Assembly (NCBI GenBank): GCA_963674755.2
Contig: CAXXVS010000003.1
Span: 992,001 to 1,056,000 of the forward strand
Source of the DNA: Desulfobacterales bacterium
GTDB lineage: Bacteria; Desulfobacterota; Desulfobacteria; Desulfobacterales; UBA5852
Direction: 5' to 3'
Length of the DNA stretch: 64,000 bases
The stretch's first letter is position 1. Every line of letters begins with the position of its first letter. The notes beneath the pieces were generated by a model. That model was not told the DNA's origin, did no database searches, and was given only the letters and a program-made list of their open reading frames with translations. This document shows positions 1 through 10,300 of this stretch, one piece after another. A program made the translations under genes and the position numbers.

Positions 1-1
1 A

Positions 2-493
2 CTGACCTATGGGGTCCGCAAATTCGAAGCCGTGGATGCCGCGATGCGACAGGCCATCCCGCCCCTGCACGAAGCGGTGCAGGCCCTCATCCCGATGATC
101 GATGCCGATACCCAGGCCTTCGGCGACTATATGGACGGCGTCCGGATGCCCCGGGAAACCGAGGCCGAGCAAGCCGCCCGGCACGCCCAGATGCAGGCCG
201 GCCTTAAAACGGCGGTGGCGGTTCCCCTGAAGACCATGCAGCTCGGGGACGGCGTCTGGGAGAGTCTGTGTGCGGTGGCCCGCCATGGCAATCCGGCCTC
301 GGCCTCCGATGTGGAAGTGGGGGCCAAAGCCCTTGAAGCCGGCATCTGGGGCGCTTACCGTAATGTTCTCATCAACCTGCAGGACGTGGAAGATGCGGCT
401 TTCAAGCAGGCGACCACCCGCACGGCGGAAGACCTCGTCCGGCGCGCCCATGCCAAATGCGCCGAAGTGCTGGCGCTGCTAACCTCTCGATAA
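2..493 (+). CDS. [34 protein letters not shown], C-terminal cyclodeaminase domain (5' truncated by window edge)
   Basis: Frame open from window start (LTYGVRKF...); IDADTQAF, GNPASASD and GAYRNVLINL motifs typical of FTCD_C. Confidence 0.85.
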   Translation: MTYGVRKFEAVDAAMRQAIPPLHEAVQALIPMIDADTQAFGDYMDGVRMPRETEAEQAARHAQMQAGLKTAVAVPLKTMQLGDGVWESLCAVARHGNPASASDVEVGAKALEAGIWGAYRNVLINLQDVEDAAFKQATTRTAEDLVRRAHAKCAEVLALLTSR

Positions 494-546
494 TATCGTA
501 TAGGTATGACGCTATCCTGCATGCGCAGGAGTACCGGGAGACCATC

Positions 547-1083
547 GTGCGGGATGACATAGGCACTTTGCTGCAGAAATGGCGGCTGAAGGGCAAGCCG
601 ACCCGGGAGGATTACCTTGCGGGCGCCCGGGCGTTGGAAGGCCTGCGCCGGGAAGCCCCCCGCCGGGGATTGTGGCTCAAGCCGCCCCTCATGATCACCG
701 CCACTCTGGACGACGGTTGGGGCCATGGCCTGGACGTCATCGAGGCCTTGGCGGCGGCGGTGGGTGTTGTGGTGCATCGTTTGGGCGTGCTGCAGCGCCC
801 TCCTGCGATTTTAGCGGCCTGCCGGGCGCAACAGGCCGACCTGCTGGGGCTTACGGTGTTGCAATTCGATTCCGATGACGACCTGAGCGAGATCACCCGC
901 GCTCTGCCGCCGGAAACCACGCTGATCGCCGGCGGGGCGGCCTTTATCTACGATCCGGAATTCGCCGTGCGGACCGGCACCCTGCACGTGGCCCGGGATG
1001 GGGTGGCTTTTTTGAGGTTTCTGCTCGAGTTTAACCCCATCGATCGAGACGGTATTGCCGGTGGCCATCATGACGGGCGCTAA
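547..1083 (+). CDS. Cobalamin (B12)-binding-domain-like protein
   Basis: TLDDGWGHGL...LG...ADLLGLTV...IAGGA Rossmann pattern; GTG start after GGGAG; canonical DxHxxG not intact. Confidence 0.65.
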   Translation: MRDDIGTLLQKWRLKGKPTREDYLAGARALEGLRREAPRRGLWLKPPLMITATLDDGWGHGLDVIEALAAAVGVVVHRLGVLQRPPAILAACRAQQADLLGLTVLQFDSDDDLSEITRALPPETTLIAGGAAFIYDPEFAVRTGTLHVARDGVAFLRFLLEFNPIDRDGIAGGHHDGR

Positions 1084-2023
1084 AGAACAACGGATTCCCT
1101 CCCCGGCCTCCAATCCGGACGTCGGGTTCTGGACCGCCGCGTATATCATCTTCCTGTGCGTCCTGTTCGGCGCCAATGCCGTGGCCATCAAAGTGGCTTT
1201 CGAAGGGTTCGGCGTCTTCACGGCCGCTACGATCCGCTTCAGCGTGGCGGCCTTGGTGATTGCGTTGTGGGCGGCATCCAGCGGTCGCTCCTTCAGGCTG
1301 AAAAAGGGCCAATGGCGTTATCTGCTGATCTACGCGCTGCTGTTTACGGCGCAACTTTCCTTTTTTTTCACAGGCCTCGACAAGACCTATGCTTCCCGTG
1401 GTACGCTGCTCATCAATCTGCTGCCATTCCTGATTCTGGTCATGGCCCATTTTTTTCTTCCCAACGATCGGATCACCCGGCGCAACCTGATCGGACTGCT
1501 GTTGGGTTTCAGCGGGGTCGTCTGCGTGTTTGCGGGTAAGGAAACCTTTTCGCGGGATATTCGCATCGGGGACGGCCTGGTTCTGGCGGCCACCTTTATC
1601 TGGGCCGGCAACACGGTCTTTATCAAACGCGTTATCGACGATTTCAAACCCTTCCATATTGTTTTGTATTCCATGCTGATCGCCCTGCCTTTTTTTATAT
1701 TGGAAGCCGTTTGCTTCGATGACGTCGCCCTTAAAAGTTTTTCTTGGAGAGCCGTGCTGGGACTTGCCTACCAGACTTTCGTAACGGCTTCCTTCGGCTT
1801 CATCGCCTGGAACACACTGCTTAAAGCCTACGGTGCGGTGGCCTTGCATGCGTTTGTTTTCATCATGCCGCTGGTGGGCGTCATCCTATCCGGATGGATC
1901 CTGAACGAGCCTCTCTATCCCAATCTGTGGATGGCGCTGGTCCTCATCGTGGCGGGGATCCTGGTGGTGCATGGCAGGTCACCGGTCGGTATGGTCGTCT
2001 TCCCCCTGCGGCGCAATATGTGA
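1070..2023 (+). CDS. DMT/EamA family transporter
   Basis: About 10 hydrophobic segments in two EamA repeats; start approximate. Confidence 0.85.
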   Translation: MTGAKEQRIPSPASNPDVGFWTAAYIIFLCVLFGANAVAIKVAFEGFGVFTAATIRFSVAALVIALWAASSGRSFRLKKGQWRYLLIYALLFTAQLSFFFTGLDKTYASRGTLLINLLPFLILVMAHFFLPNDRITRRNLIGLLLGFSGVVCVFAGKETFSRDIRIGDGLVLAATFIWAGNTVFIKRVIDDFKPFHIVLYSMLIALPFFILEAVCFDDVALKSFSWRAVLGLAYQTFVTASFGFIAWNTLLKAYGAVALHAFVFIMPLVGVILSGWILNEPLYPNLWMALVLIVAGILVVHGRSPVGMVVFPLRRNM

Positions 2024-2120
2024 GCAAGCTTGTGCGCAATGCCGATCTCTGGTTGACGCCGATTTGTGGGCCGTGTATGGTCCGCCCTTTACTTTCCAAC
2101 CCCTATACCGGATCGCGCCC

Positions 2121-3038
2121 ATGAATTTGCGGACCTACCGTGCCGATGCCCTGCTGCTGCTCACGGCCAGCATCTGGGGCTTGGCTTTTGTGGCCCAACG
2201 GGTGGGCATGGACTACGTGGGCCCCTATACCTTCAACGGCGTACGGTTCGCCCTGGGTAGCCTGTCCCTGCTGCCTCTCATGTTCTGGATGCAGGGCCGG
2301 GAATCGAAAACGTCTTCGCAGCGCCCCCGGGCCGCTTGGCCGGTCATCCTGCGGGGTGGCGGTCTGGCCGGGCTTTTCCTCTTTGCCGGTGCTTCCCTGC
2401 AGCAGGTGGGGCTGGTGTATACCACGGCCGGCAATGCCGGTTTCATCACGGGGCTTTATGTGGTGATCGTACCCATCATGGGCTTGGCCCTGCACCAACG
2501 CACCCATGGCGGCACCTGGCTGGGAGTGCTTTTAGCGGCGGCGGGGCTTTATTTTCTCAGCATCTCGGAGACCCTGACCATCGCCTGGGGGGATTTGCTG
2601 GTGCTGGTGGGCGCCTTTTTCTGGGCGGCCCACGTACTGATTATCGGACGCCTTTCGCCCCGTATGGATGCCCTGAAGCTGGCCATCACCCAGTTTGCGG
2701 TCTGCTCCCTGCTGAGTCTCCTAACGGCCCTGGCGATCGAGACCTGGTCCTGGCAGGGCTTGCGGCAGGCTGCTGTCCCTATCTTATATGGCGGGCTGGG
2801 ATCCGTGGGGGTGGCCTATACGCTGCAGGTGGTGGCCCAGAAGGATGCCCATCCGGCCCACGCGGCCATTTTTCTCAGCATGGAAGCGGTGTTTGCGGCC
2901 CTGGGGGGATGGTGGCTGCTCCATGAGGTGTTGACGGCCCGGGCCATGTTCGGATGCGCTCTCATGCTCTCCGGCATGCTCGTCTCCCAACTGTGGGGCT
3001 TTTTCATGCGCCGACGAAGGGCGGGCTGGACGGCCTGA
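2121..3038 (+). CDS. DMT/EamA family transporter
   Basis: IWGLAFVAQR, TTAGNAGFITGLY, AYTLQVVAQK, SMEAVFA motifs. Confidence 0.9.
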   Translation: MNLRTYRADALLLLTASIWGLAFVAQRVGMDYVGPYTFNGVRFALGSLSLLPLMFWMQGRESKTSSQRPRAAWPVILRGGGLAGLFLFAGASLQQVGLVYTTAGNAGFITGLYVVIVPIMGLALHQRTHGGTWLGVLLAAAGLYFLSISETLTIAWGDLLVLVGAFFWAAHVLIIGRLSPRMDALKLAITQFAVCSLLSLLTALAIETWSWQGLRQAAVPILYGGLGSVGVAYTLQVVAQKDAHPAHAAIFLSMEAVFAALGGWWLLHEVLTARAMFGCALMLSGMLVSQLWGFFMRRRRAGWTA

Positions 3039-3063
3039 GGCTTGCTCCAGGGCCGGAGGGCCA

Positions 3064-4071
3064 TCAGGCCCATTCCAGACCGGCATCCCAGAAAGCCGTG
3101 ACAGCCTCCTGATATTGCCCGATGGTTCGGGCTTTAAGAACGCGTTTGCCTGCGGCCTCGCTCTTTTGAAAACCCCGGGCGAAATACTTCCACAACCCCT
3201 TCATACGGTCGAGCAGATGCCCCGGTCCGCTCAGGCGATCCTGGTAGCGCACGAAGAGGTCGTCATGGAAGCGCCGGAAGCGCTGTGTTTTATCATCCTT
3301 GGCAAAGGGCGGCCCCGATTTCAGCAGGTGCGGTAAAAAGGGGTTGGTCAGCAGCCCCCGCCCGATCATCCAGCCCGCCACCGTCTCAAAGCGTTGTACC
3401 AACTTTTCAAAACCGGCAAGATCCGTAATATCGCCATTATAGACGACCGGATGGCGGCACTGGGCCAGGCACCAGGCGAAGGCCGCCAGATCCGGTCGGC
3501 CGGCGTACATCTGAGCCCCGGTGCGGGGATGCACGATGACGGATTCCAAGGGGTAGCGGTTGTAAATCGGCATGACGGCGCGGATTTCATCGGTCTGTCG
3601 GCGGCCCAGGCGGGTTTTGACGGACAACCGGTTGGGGATTTGCGCCAGGATCGTGTCCAGGAGACGGTCGAGTTCATCCGGCACACCGAGCAAGCCGGAT
3701 CCCCGGCCCTTGTTGGCGACCTGGGGAAAGGGGCACCCGCAATTCAGGTTGATGGTGGCATAACCCATATCGAAGAGGGTGTGTGCCAAATGAATGAAAT
3801 CCCCGGCGCTTTTGGTCAGGATCTGGGGGATGGTGGGCAGTCCACGATTGTCTTCCGGCCGCAGATCGCGCACATGGGCGGGCTTGATGCGCCGGCCGGC
3901 ATGGGTGGTGATAAAGGGGGCCACCGCCAGATCGACACCGTCGAAGTGATCGGCATAGGTACTGCGGTAGACGACGTCGGTCACCCCCCTTAAGGGCGCC
4001 ATGATGATCGGCCGGTCCGGGAGGGCCCGACTTTTGACCGCGTTAGATTCGGATTGCACTTTGGGGTCCAT
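3064..4071 (-). CDS. tRNA-dihydrouridine synthase family protein
   Basis: MAPLRGVTD, NLNCGCP, HPRT, YNGDI, MIGRG motifs. Confidence 0.9.
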   Translation of the reverse strand: MDPKVQSESNAVKSRALPDRPIIMAPLRGVTDVVYRSTYADHFDGVDLAVAPFITTHAGRRIKPAHVRDLRPEDNRGLPTIPQILTKSAGDFIHLAHTLFDMGYATINLNCGCPFPQVANKGRGSGLLGVPDELDRLLDTILAQIPNRLSVKTRLGRRQTDEIRAVMPIYNRYPLESVIVHPRTGAQMYAGRPDLAAFAWCLAQCRHPVVYNGDITDLAGFEKLVQRFETVAGWMIGRGLLTNPFLPHLLKSGPPFAKDDKTQRFRRFHDDLFVRYQDRLSGPGHLLDRMKGLWKYFARGFQKSEAAGKRVLKARTIGQYQEAVTAFWDAGLEWA

Positions 4072-4184
4072 TCTGACAATTTAGGCGCTTCCGTCCGGCA
4101 AGTCCAGGAAGGACTTCTGCGGCGGCCGGACGCCGGCCAGTGATCCGGGCAACAGTAGACTTTTCAGGAAGGTTTGTTTTCGAT

Positions 4185-5159
4185 ATGCGCGATCAGTCTG
4201 GGGGGCACAGCATGCCGGTGCGCCTGTCGTCATTGACCTGGGCCTATGTCGGGCTTGTCCTGTCGATGGTGATCTGGGCCAGCTCTTTCGTGGCCTTGAA
4301 GCTGGCCTTTCGCGCCTATGATCCCATGGTGGTGATCTTCGGCCGCATGGTCGTGGCCAGCGCCTGCTTTGCCGTTTTGATGCCACGTTTTCGCCCGGCC
4401 CAGCCCTTCCTGCGCAAAGATTGGCGCCCGCTGCTCTTCATGGCCTTCTGCGAGCCGTGTCTCTATTTCAGCTTCGAGGCCCGCGCTTTGGAATTCACCA
4501 CGGCGTCCCAGGCCGGGATGATCAGCGCCATGCTGCCCCTCATGGTGGTCGTGGGTGCCCGGCTGGTGCTTGGCGAGACCCTGACCGCCCGGACGTTAAT
4601 GGGATTTGGCGTGGCCATGTTAGGGGCCTGCTGGTTGAGTGTGGGCGGGGAGCCGTCTGCGGAAGCCCCGCGGCCTATCCTGGGGAACGTGCTCGAATTC
4701 ATGGCCATGATTTGCGCCGCAGGGTATATCGTCAGCCTGAAATGGCTGACCGCCCGCTACAGTCCATTTTTCCTGACGGCGGTACAGGCCTTTGTGGGCG
4801 CGTTTTTTTTCTTCCCGTTTCTTCTTCTGCCGTCAACCGCTCTTCCGGATCGCTTCGATCCCGTGGCGGCCGGGGCGGTCGTCTATCTGGGGGCGGCGGT
4901 GACATTAGGCGCATACGGCCTGTACAATTATGGGGTGAGCCGGATACCGGTCAGCCGGACATCCGTTTTCTTCAATCTGATCCCGATGCTCACCGTTTTG
5001 ATGGGGGCCATGATTCTGGGCGAGCGGTTTTCCACGGTCCAGTATCTTGCTTCAGGACTGGTTCTTTCAGGCATTTATCTGAGCCAGCGGGAAGGCCGCC
5101 GCAGGCCGGATAGAACGCTTCCCTCAGGTGGTTCGGCGGGCCCCCTGTCGCCCCCCTGA
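4185..5159 (+). CDS. DMT/EamA family transporter
   Basis: IWASSFVALK, TTASQAG, FNLIP, ILGE motifs; start approximate. Confidence 0.85.
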   Translation: MRDQSGGHSMPVRLSSLTWAYVGLVLSMVIWASSFVALKLAFRAYDPMVVIFGRMVVASACFAVLMPRFRPAQPFLRKDWRPLLFMAFCEPCLYFSFEARALEFTTASQAGMISAMLPLMVVVGARLVLGETLTARTLMGFGVAMLGACWLSVGGEPSAEAPRPILGNVLEFMAMICAAGYIVSLKWLTARYSPFFLTAVQAFVGAFFFFPFLLLPSTALPDRFDPVAAGAVVYLGAAVTLGAYGLYNYGVSRIPVSRTSVFFNLIPMLTVLMGAMILGERFSTVQYLASGLVLSGIYLSQREGRRRPDRTLPSGGSAGPLSPP

Positions 5160-5189
5160 CGATTGCGTGGCATAATGGGGCGGGTGGCG

Positions 5190-5798
5190 TCAGAAAAAAT
5201 TCGACAGCGACAACAGGATGAGGGCGGTGGAGAGCAGTACGCCGATCGATCCCATCAGCTTGGGATGGCGGAAGGAGAAGACGTTGACCACCTGGTTGAA
5301 AACATCCAGCCGGTCCACCAGGGGCTGGGTGGCGATCCAGGCGTTCAATCGTTTTTCGATGCGCTGCAACCGGCCGGGGGCCGTCATCAGAAACAGGCCA
5401 ATGACGACACCGAGCACACCGGCCAGCTTGCCCGTAAGGACCAGGGCATCCAAACCCATCTTCCAGAGCAGCCGTTGGGTCTCCTGACCAGGCAGGACTG
5501 CCAGCAGCCGTTGGACGTCCAGCTGAAAAAAAAGAAAGATCAGGGTGACGAAGGCGCCTAATACGAAAAGGCCTCCATAGAGGGTGGGATGTCTGTAAAT
5601 GAAGAGCTCGTTCCGAATGGTCTGGTCAAAGTAGGCCAGGCGCTCCTTGACCTGGTAGGTGCGGCTGAGAAAGGCGTCGATGCGTCGGGTGCGTTCGGGG
5701 AAAAAGATCAGCCCCAGGGATAACAACAGCCCCGCTGTTCCACTGACGATGGTCAAAATGGCCGTTGCATCGAGGAAAATTTGTGCCGTCGGACTCAT
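5190..5798 (-). CDS. Hypothetical membrane protein
   Basis: 202 aa with about 4 hydrophobic segments; codirectional with the LysM gene. Confidence 0.7.
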   Translation of the reverse strand: MSPTAQIFLDATAILTIVSGTAGLLLSLGLIFFPERTRRIDAFLSRTYQVKERLAYFDQTIRNELFIYRHPTLYGGLFVLGAFVTLIFLFFQLDVQRLLAVLPGQETQRLLWKMGLDALVLTGKLAGVLGVVIGLFLMTAPGRLQRIEKRLNAWIATQPLVDRLDVFNQVVNVFSFRHPKLMGSIGVLLSTALILLSLSNFF

Positions 5799-5869
5799 GG
5801 CAGGTTCCCTGCGGACGAAAAACGGCTTAACCGATATAAAACGATAGCGACAAACGGCAGTCCCTCATT

Positions 5870-6472
5870 TTAGCGCTGTCCCACCACAAGCTCCTGCCCG
5901 GGTCGGATGGTCACCTCCTTGCCCATCTTGTTGAACTTTTTCAGTTGATCTACGGTCACGCCATATTTGCGGCTAATCTGGTAGAGGGTTTCGCCGGCTT
6001 TGACGACGTGAATACGGGGGGTTGCCGCCTTGGGCTTTTGGGGGGATGCAGCGGGCGCTGTTGTGGCAGCCGCTTTCTGGCTTTTTTCAAGGGCCGCCAG
6101 TTTGCCGTTGATCTGGTTGAGGTTCTGGCCGAGTTTCGTCTCCAGGTTTTGAACCTGCTGGGCCAGATTTTCGGTTTGGGTGCGAAGGGCGGCCAGACCT
6201 GCGTCTCCGGTGTTGGCCTGTTCGAGGTTGCCGAGGCGAAATTCGATGTCGTCGAGGCGCTTCGTCAGGAGGGCGATCTCTTCCGACAGGGCACCATTCT
6301 GCGAATTGGAGCTGTACATGGTGAATCCCAGGATGACCACGAGGGCCACGACACCCGCGGCGATATAGGGAACAAACGGTTTGCGAAGAAGACTTTGGCG
6401 ATTGAGCGCGGCATAGGCATCATAGTCTTCGTATGCTTCTTCGTTATCATCAGGCTTGAATGTCATGGTCAT
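5870..6472 (-). CDS. Membrane-anchored coiled-coil protein with C-terminal LysM domain
   Basis: One TM, heptad-rich middle, HVVKAGETLYQISRKYGVTVDQLKKFN. Confidence 0.9.
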   Translation of the reverse strand: MTMTFKPDDNEEAYEDYDAYAALNRQSLLRKPFVPYIAAGVVALVVILGFTMYSSNSQNGALSEEIALLTKRLDDIEFRLGNLEQANTGDAGLAALRTQTENLAQQVQNLETKLGQNLNQINGKLAALEKSQKAAATTAPAASPQKPKAATPRIHVVKAGETLYQISRKYGVTVDQLKKFNKMGKEVTIRPGQELVVGQR

Positions 6473-6576
6473 TCTTTACCTCCTTGCAGTCAGGATTGGG
6501 GGAAATCTTGCATAGCAGCTGTCCGGAAACGCTGGCCCGCCATGGCTTCGGTCGAGCTCCGTCAACGCAAAGCACC

Positions 6577-7203
6577 TTATTTGCGGAGCCCTCTTCCGAA
6601 AATCTCGAAAGCCACTTTAAAGGATTTTTCCAGATCGCTGCGGTCGGGATTGATCACTTTTTTGCTTTCTTCCCAAAGGACGATGCCGGAAAAAAGCGCC
6701 CACACGATATCCGCCAGGGCAAGTGGATTGTGGTCGACGATCCGTTCATCCCGAAGGCCTTCTTTGAACATGGCGGCCATGGTATGAAGCGCCTTGCGTG
6801 AGAGCGCATTGATTTCATCGAGCAAATCCGGTGACAGCGTGCGCAGGGTATCGCTGGACTGCAGGTGAAACATGTTGTTGAGGATGAGCGGATCATAGGC
6901 GTAAACATCTTTCATGGCATTTAGCAGCCCGATCTGCTTGGTTTCATAATCGGCCGTTTCACTCATGACGTGGTCGACCTTGACATTGATGAAACGCAAT
7001 ACGCGCAGGCAGAGGGACGCATAGAGCTCATCTTTGCTTTTGAAATAGAGGTACAAGGTGCCGGGGCTGAGTTCCGCTTCCCGGGCAATATCCTCCATCG
7101 TGCATTTTTCATAACCTTTTTGGGTGAAAACCCGTTTGGCCGCGACCAGAATCTGTTGGCGTCGCATTTCTCTTTCACGCGTCTTACGTTCTTTGATTCC
7201 CAT
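6577..7203 (-). CDS. TetR/AcrR family regulator
   Basis: MGIKERKTRE...TMEDIAREAELSPGTLYLYFKSK HTH. Confidence 0.92.
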   Translation of the reverse strand: MGIKERKTREREMRRQQILVAAKRVFTQKGYEKCTMEDIAREAELSPGTLYLYFKSKDELYASLCLRVLRFINVKVDHVMSETADYETKQIGLLNAMKDVYAYDPLILNNMFHLQSSDTLRTLSPDLLDEINALSRKALHTMAAMFKEGLRDERIVDHNPLALADIVWALFSGIVLWEESKKVINPDRSDLEKSFKVAFEIFGRGLRK

Positions 7204-7334
7204 TGATTTCCCTCGGGCAGCCCCGCGTCGGCATGGCAACAGAATGATTTCAGGGGGTAAAGTTCGCTTTCCAAAAAACCACATATTGCGTTGAACTTCA
7301 ATACTCCATTGTGCGGCGGGCACCCCGGTTGGTC

Positions 7335-10300
7335 CTATTTATTCCCTTTCCACAGGGGTTCAACGATCTTGACGGGGAGCTTAACCGTATTTTCCAACAG
7401 ATTCATCAAACTGCTGCCGACAGCCGACGGTGACAGCGGTGTGACCGTCGGGTCCGCGAAGGGTCCGCTGACCTTTACCGGGATGGACACGAGTGTACCC
7501 CCTAACCAGTCGCCGATTATCGGCGTGTATTTGACGATGGCGTCAATCGTTTTGAAGGGGGCTACCAGGACGATCATATCGGCTTGGCCCGTAAGGAGAT
7601 TGACGGTACCCTGAGCGGCAATATCGGCCGAGGCGCCGTCGATGACGGCCTGTTTGATCGTGCAGACGCTGTCCTTGATGTCCACTTGGATATCCATCTG
7701 ATCATAGGCCAAACCGCCTTGCATGAGATCGGGGATCTTGCCGCGAAAGATTTCGGTAAGGTTTACAACGGCCAGGACCTTGCTCAACAAGTTGAAACGG
7801 TAAATACGCCCTTTGCGGGCCTGGAATTCCATTTCGCCCTGAATCGAACGGTTCAACTGGCTGGTGATCCCCTGGGTTTCCAGATGACCGGCCAGGTCGA
7901 ACTCGCCATCGAGCAGGTCGGACTTTTTCAGCAGGCAGGTCATGGTCCTCTCGACGCGGGAATTCTTTGCCTCGGGGGTTAACCTGATTGACACGGTTTC
8001 CGGGGTGACAAGGATGTCGCCCTCGGTTCCGATGCCGCAGAGTTTGGCATCTTCGATCCGGCAATCCCAGCGGTCCCTGGCGATTTGAATGGCAGCGTTG
8101 AAGGGCGACCACTGAAAGCCATTTAAGGTCAACGAATCGATCCGCGAGATAATGCGTCCCCGCAATGGCAGGTCCCAGAAGAAAACGTGTCCTGAGCCAG
8201 GGGGCGGGCGGCCTGTCGACGAAGTTCCGGGAAGGGTAAAGGAAACGTTGTTGGCACGATGCACCACATCAAGCACATAGCCGTTGTCCTCGATAGCGAT
8301 CGATCCGGTAAAGCGGTGGATCTGGTGATCGATTTCAAATACAGCGGGTGTCAGACGCAGGGTGTTATCGGCGGCCTCAATGGAAAGTTCGACGATGTCG
8401 AAACGTTGTGCGATCCGCAGCGGCTGGTGGATGTCATAGGCTTTGAGGGTTCCTGCGACCGACGAACGACCGGGGTGTTCCGGGAAAATGTGCGCCTGGA
8501 ACTGGCCTTCCACATGCCCCCTGGCGTAACGCTTATCCTGCATCATGCGACCGATGGTCGCGGCCGCAATATGGCCCTTGAAGTCGACATCCAGGTTCTC
8601 CGGGCTGTAGGTTACCTGCAGGGTGGCCTGGGAATCCTGGTCCTTGACGGTCACTTTCTGGTGGCGCAATCGAGGGCCCTCCTCTTTTACATCCAGCGCC
8701 ACAAGGGTGCCACCGCCCGTGGTCATTTCGCCAAGAAACGACCTGTCGCCATTTGCGGACCAGTCAAGGGTTGCCGAGGAGATTGCCAGGGGTGCCTTCA
8801 ACTGCCACGACTTCTCGAGATTGACAAGGCGGCTGATCCAGGCATTCGCATCCGGTCCCAATTTGCCGCTGAGCGTCAACGATACCGCCTCCGGCAAATA
8901 AGTCTTTAAAAGAATCAGCGCTTTTTGCAGCCTCACATCAGCATCGCTCATCCGGAGGCGGGCTTCGGGGACCTCGAGTTTGCTGTTGTTGGCCTTAAAG
9001 CGGGCTTCCTCGATGTCCGCCGGCCCGGGCAGAATCGGGCTGACAATGCGCAGTCCCTGCGCGGAACCCTGGGCGCTGAAACGCCATTGATCGGGATGAA
9101 GCAGAGGGCCTTCCGTTTCCAAGCGGTCAAGGTTAAGTTGTCCGCCTTGCCCCTGCAGGGAAAAAGACAGGTCTTCAAATAGGCCGCGGCCTTCGAGCCA
9201 TGGGATGATCTGGCCGAGATCAAGGCGCGTTGAGGCATGATCCACCTGGAGGAGAGGGGTGCCGCCGAATGCGACATGGCCGGTCAATCCGACAAAACTT
9301 GATCCGCCAAGTTTGCCGCTCATATGGATGACTTGGATGCGGTCGCGCGTGTATTGGACCATGCCTTCGGTGATGGACAATTTGGCGGGCAGACGATCGT
9401 ATTGGGCCCCCAAGCGGCAGTGGGCGACATCCACCGTCACGTCCAAAGCAGGACCCCGACCATCGAGGATGAGTCTGCCGTCAGCGGTTCCCGTTAGAGT
9501 CCTGATACGGCGCATTTCGCCCCGGAAGGCGGCATCATCAACCCAGCCCGCCAGCAGGGAGGGTAACGGGGCCAGGTCGGCATCGGCATCGATTTCGAGA
9601 AAAAAAGGTACATTCTCTTCTTGATCCAAATCCAGCCACAGGCGGCCATCGGATCCTTTGGTCTCCCCGTACATGGCTTTCAAATGGTCGCCTTTTAAAA
9701 TCCCCCTGGAAATATCGGCCTTGCCCTGAACGTCCGTTAGCGCCAGTTCGGCCCCCGGAATAAAAAGACGGCCGTTTTCGACCGTGCCGAGTAGGGTCAT
9801 GTTGCGGAAAACGGCCATATCCGCCGGTTGCGTGCCCTTCGTGCTGAACTGGATCCAGGGAACTTCCCCGCCCCGCAGCACATCAAAGATTCCGGCAACC
9901 ACGTCGTTGTCGCCGGCAAGGGCCAGGCTTGCTTGGCGCAAGGGTTCAATCGTGAGATGGCTGCCCGTCAGCTCGACCTGATACAATGGCGCACCGGGAT
10001 TGACAACCGCGTGACCACTCAGGGATAGCGCTGGCTGAGCGACCTGCAACTTTTCCAAGTCGATGCGAAAGTTGGCGGGGGAATAGACCAGCTCGCTTTT
10101 AAGTGTGATCTCCTTAACGGTTACGCTGGCGGTTCCGCGTTTTAGCAGGATACGGGGCAGACGGGCCTGGATGGCCATCTGAAGATGGTCGCGATCCGAC
10201 AGGTCGGCGTGGGCCGTAACGTCCAGGGGCGCACCTTCCCATTGGAAGGGAACCTTGGGAAGCTGTGAACGCAGGGGCTCCGGATTGAGGTGATCGATGC

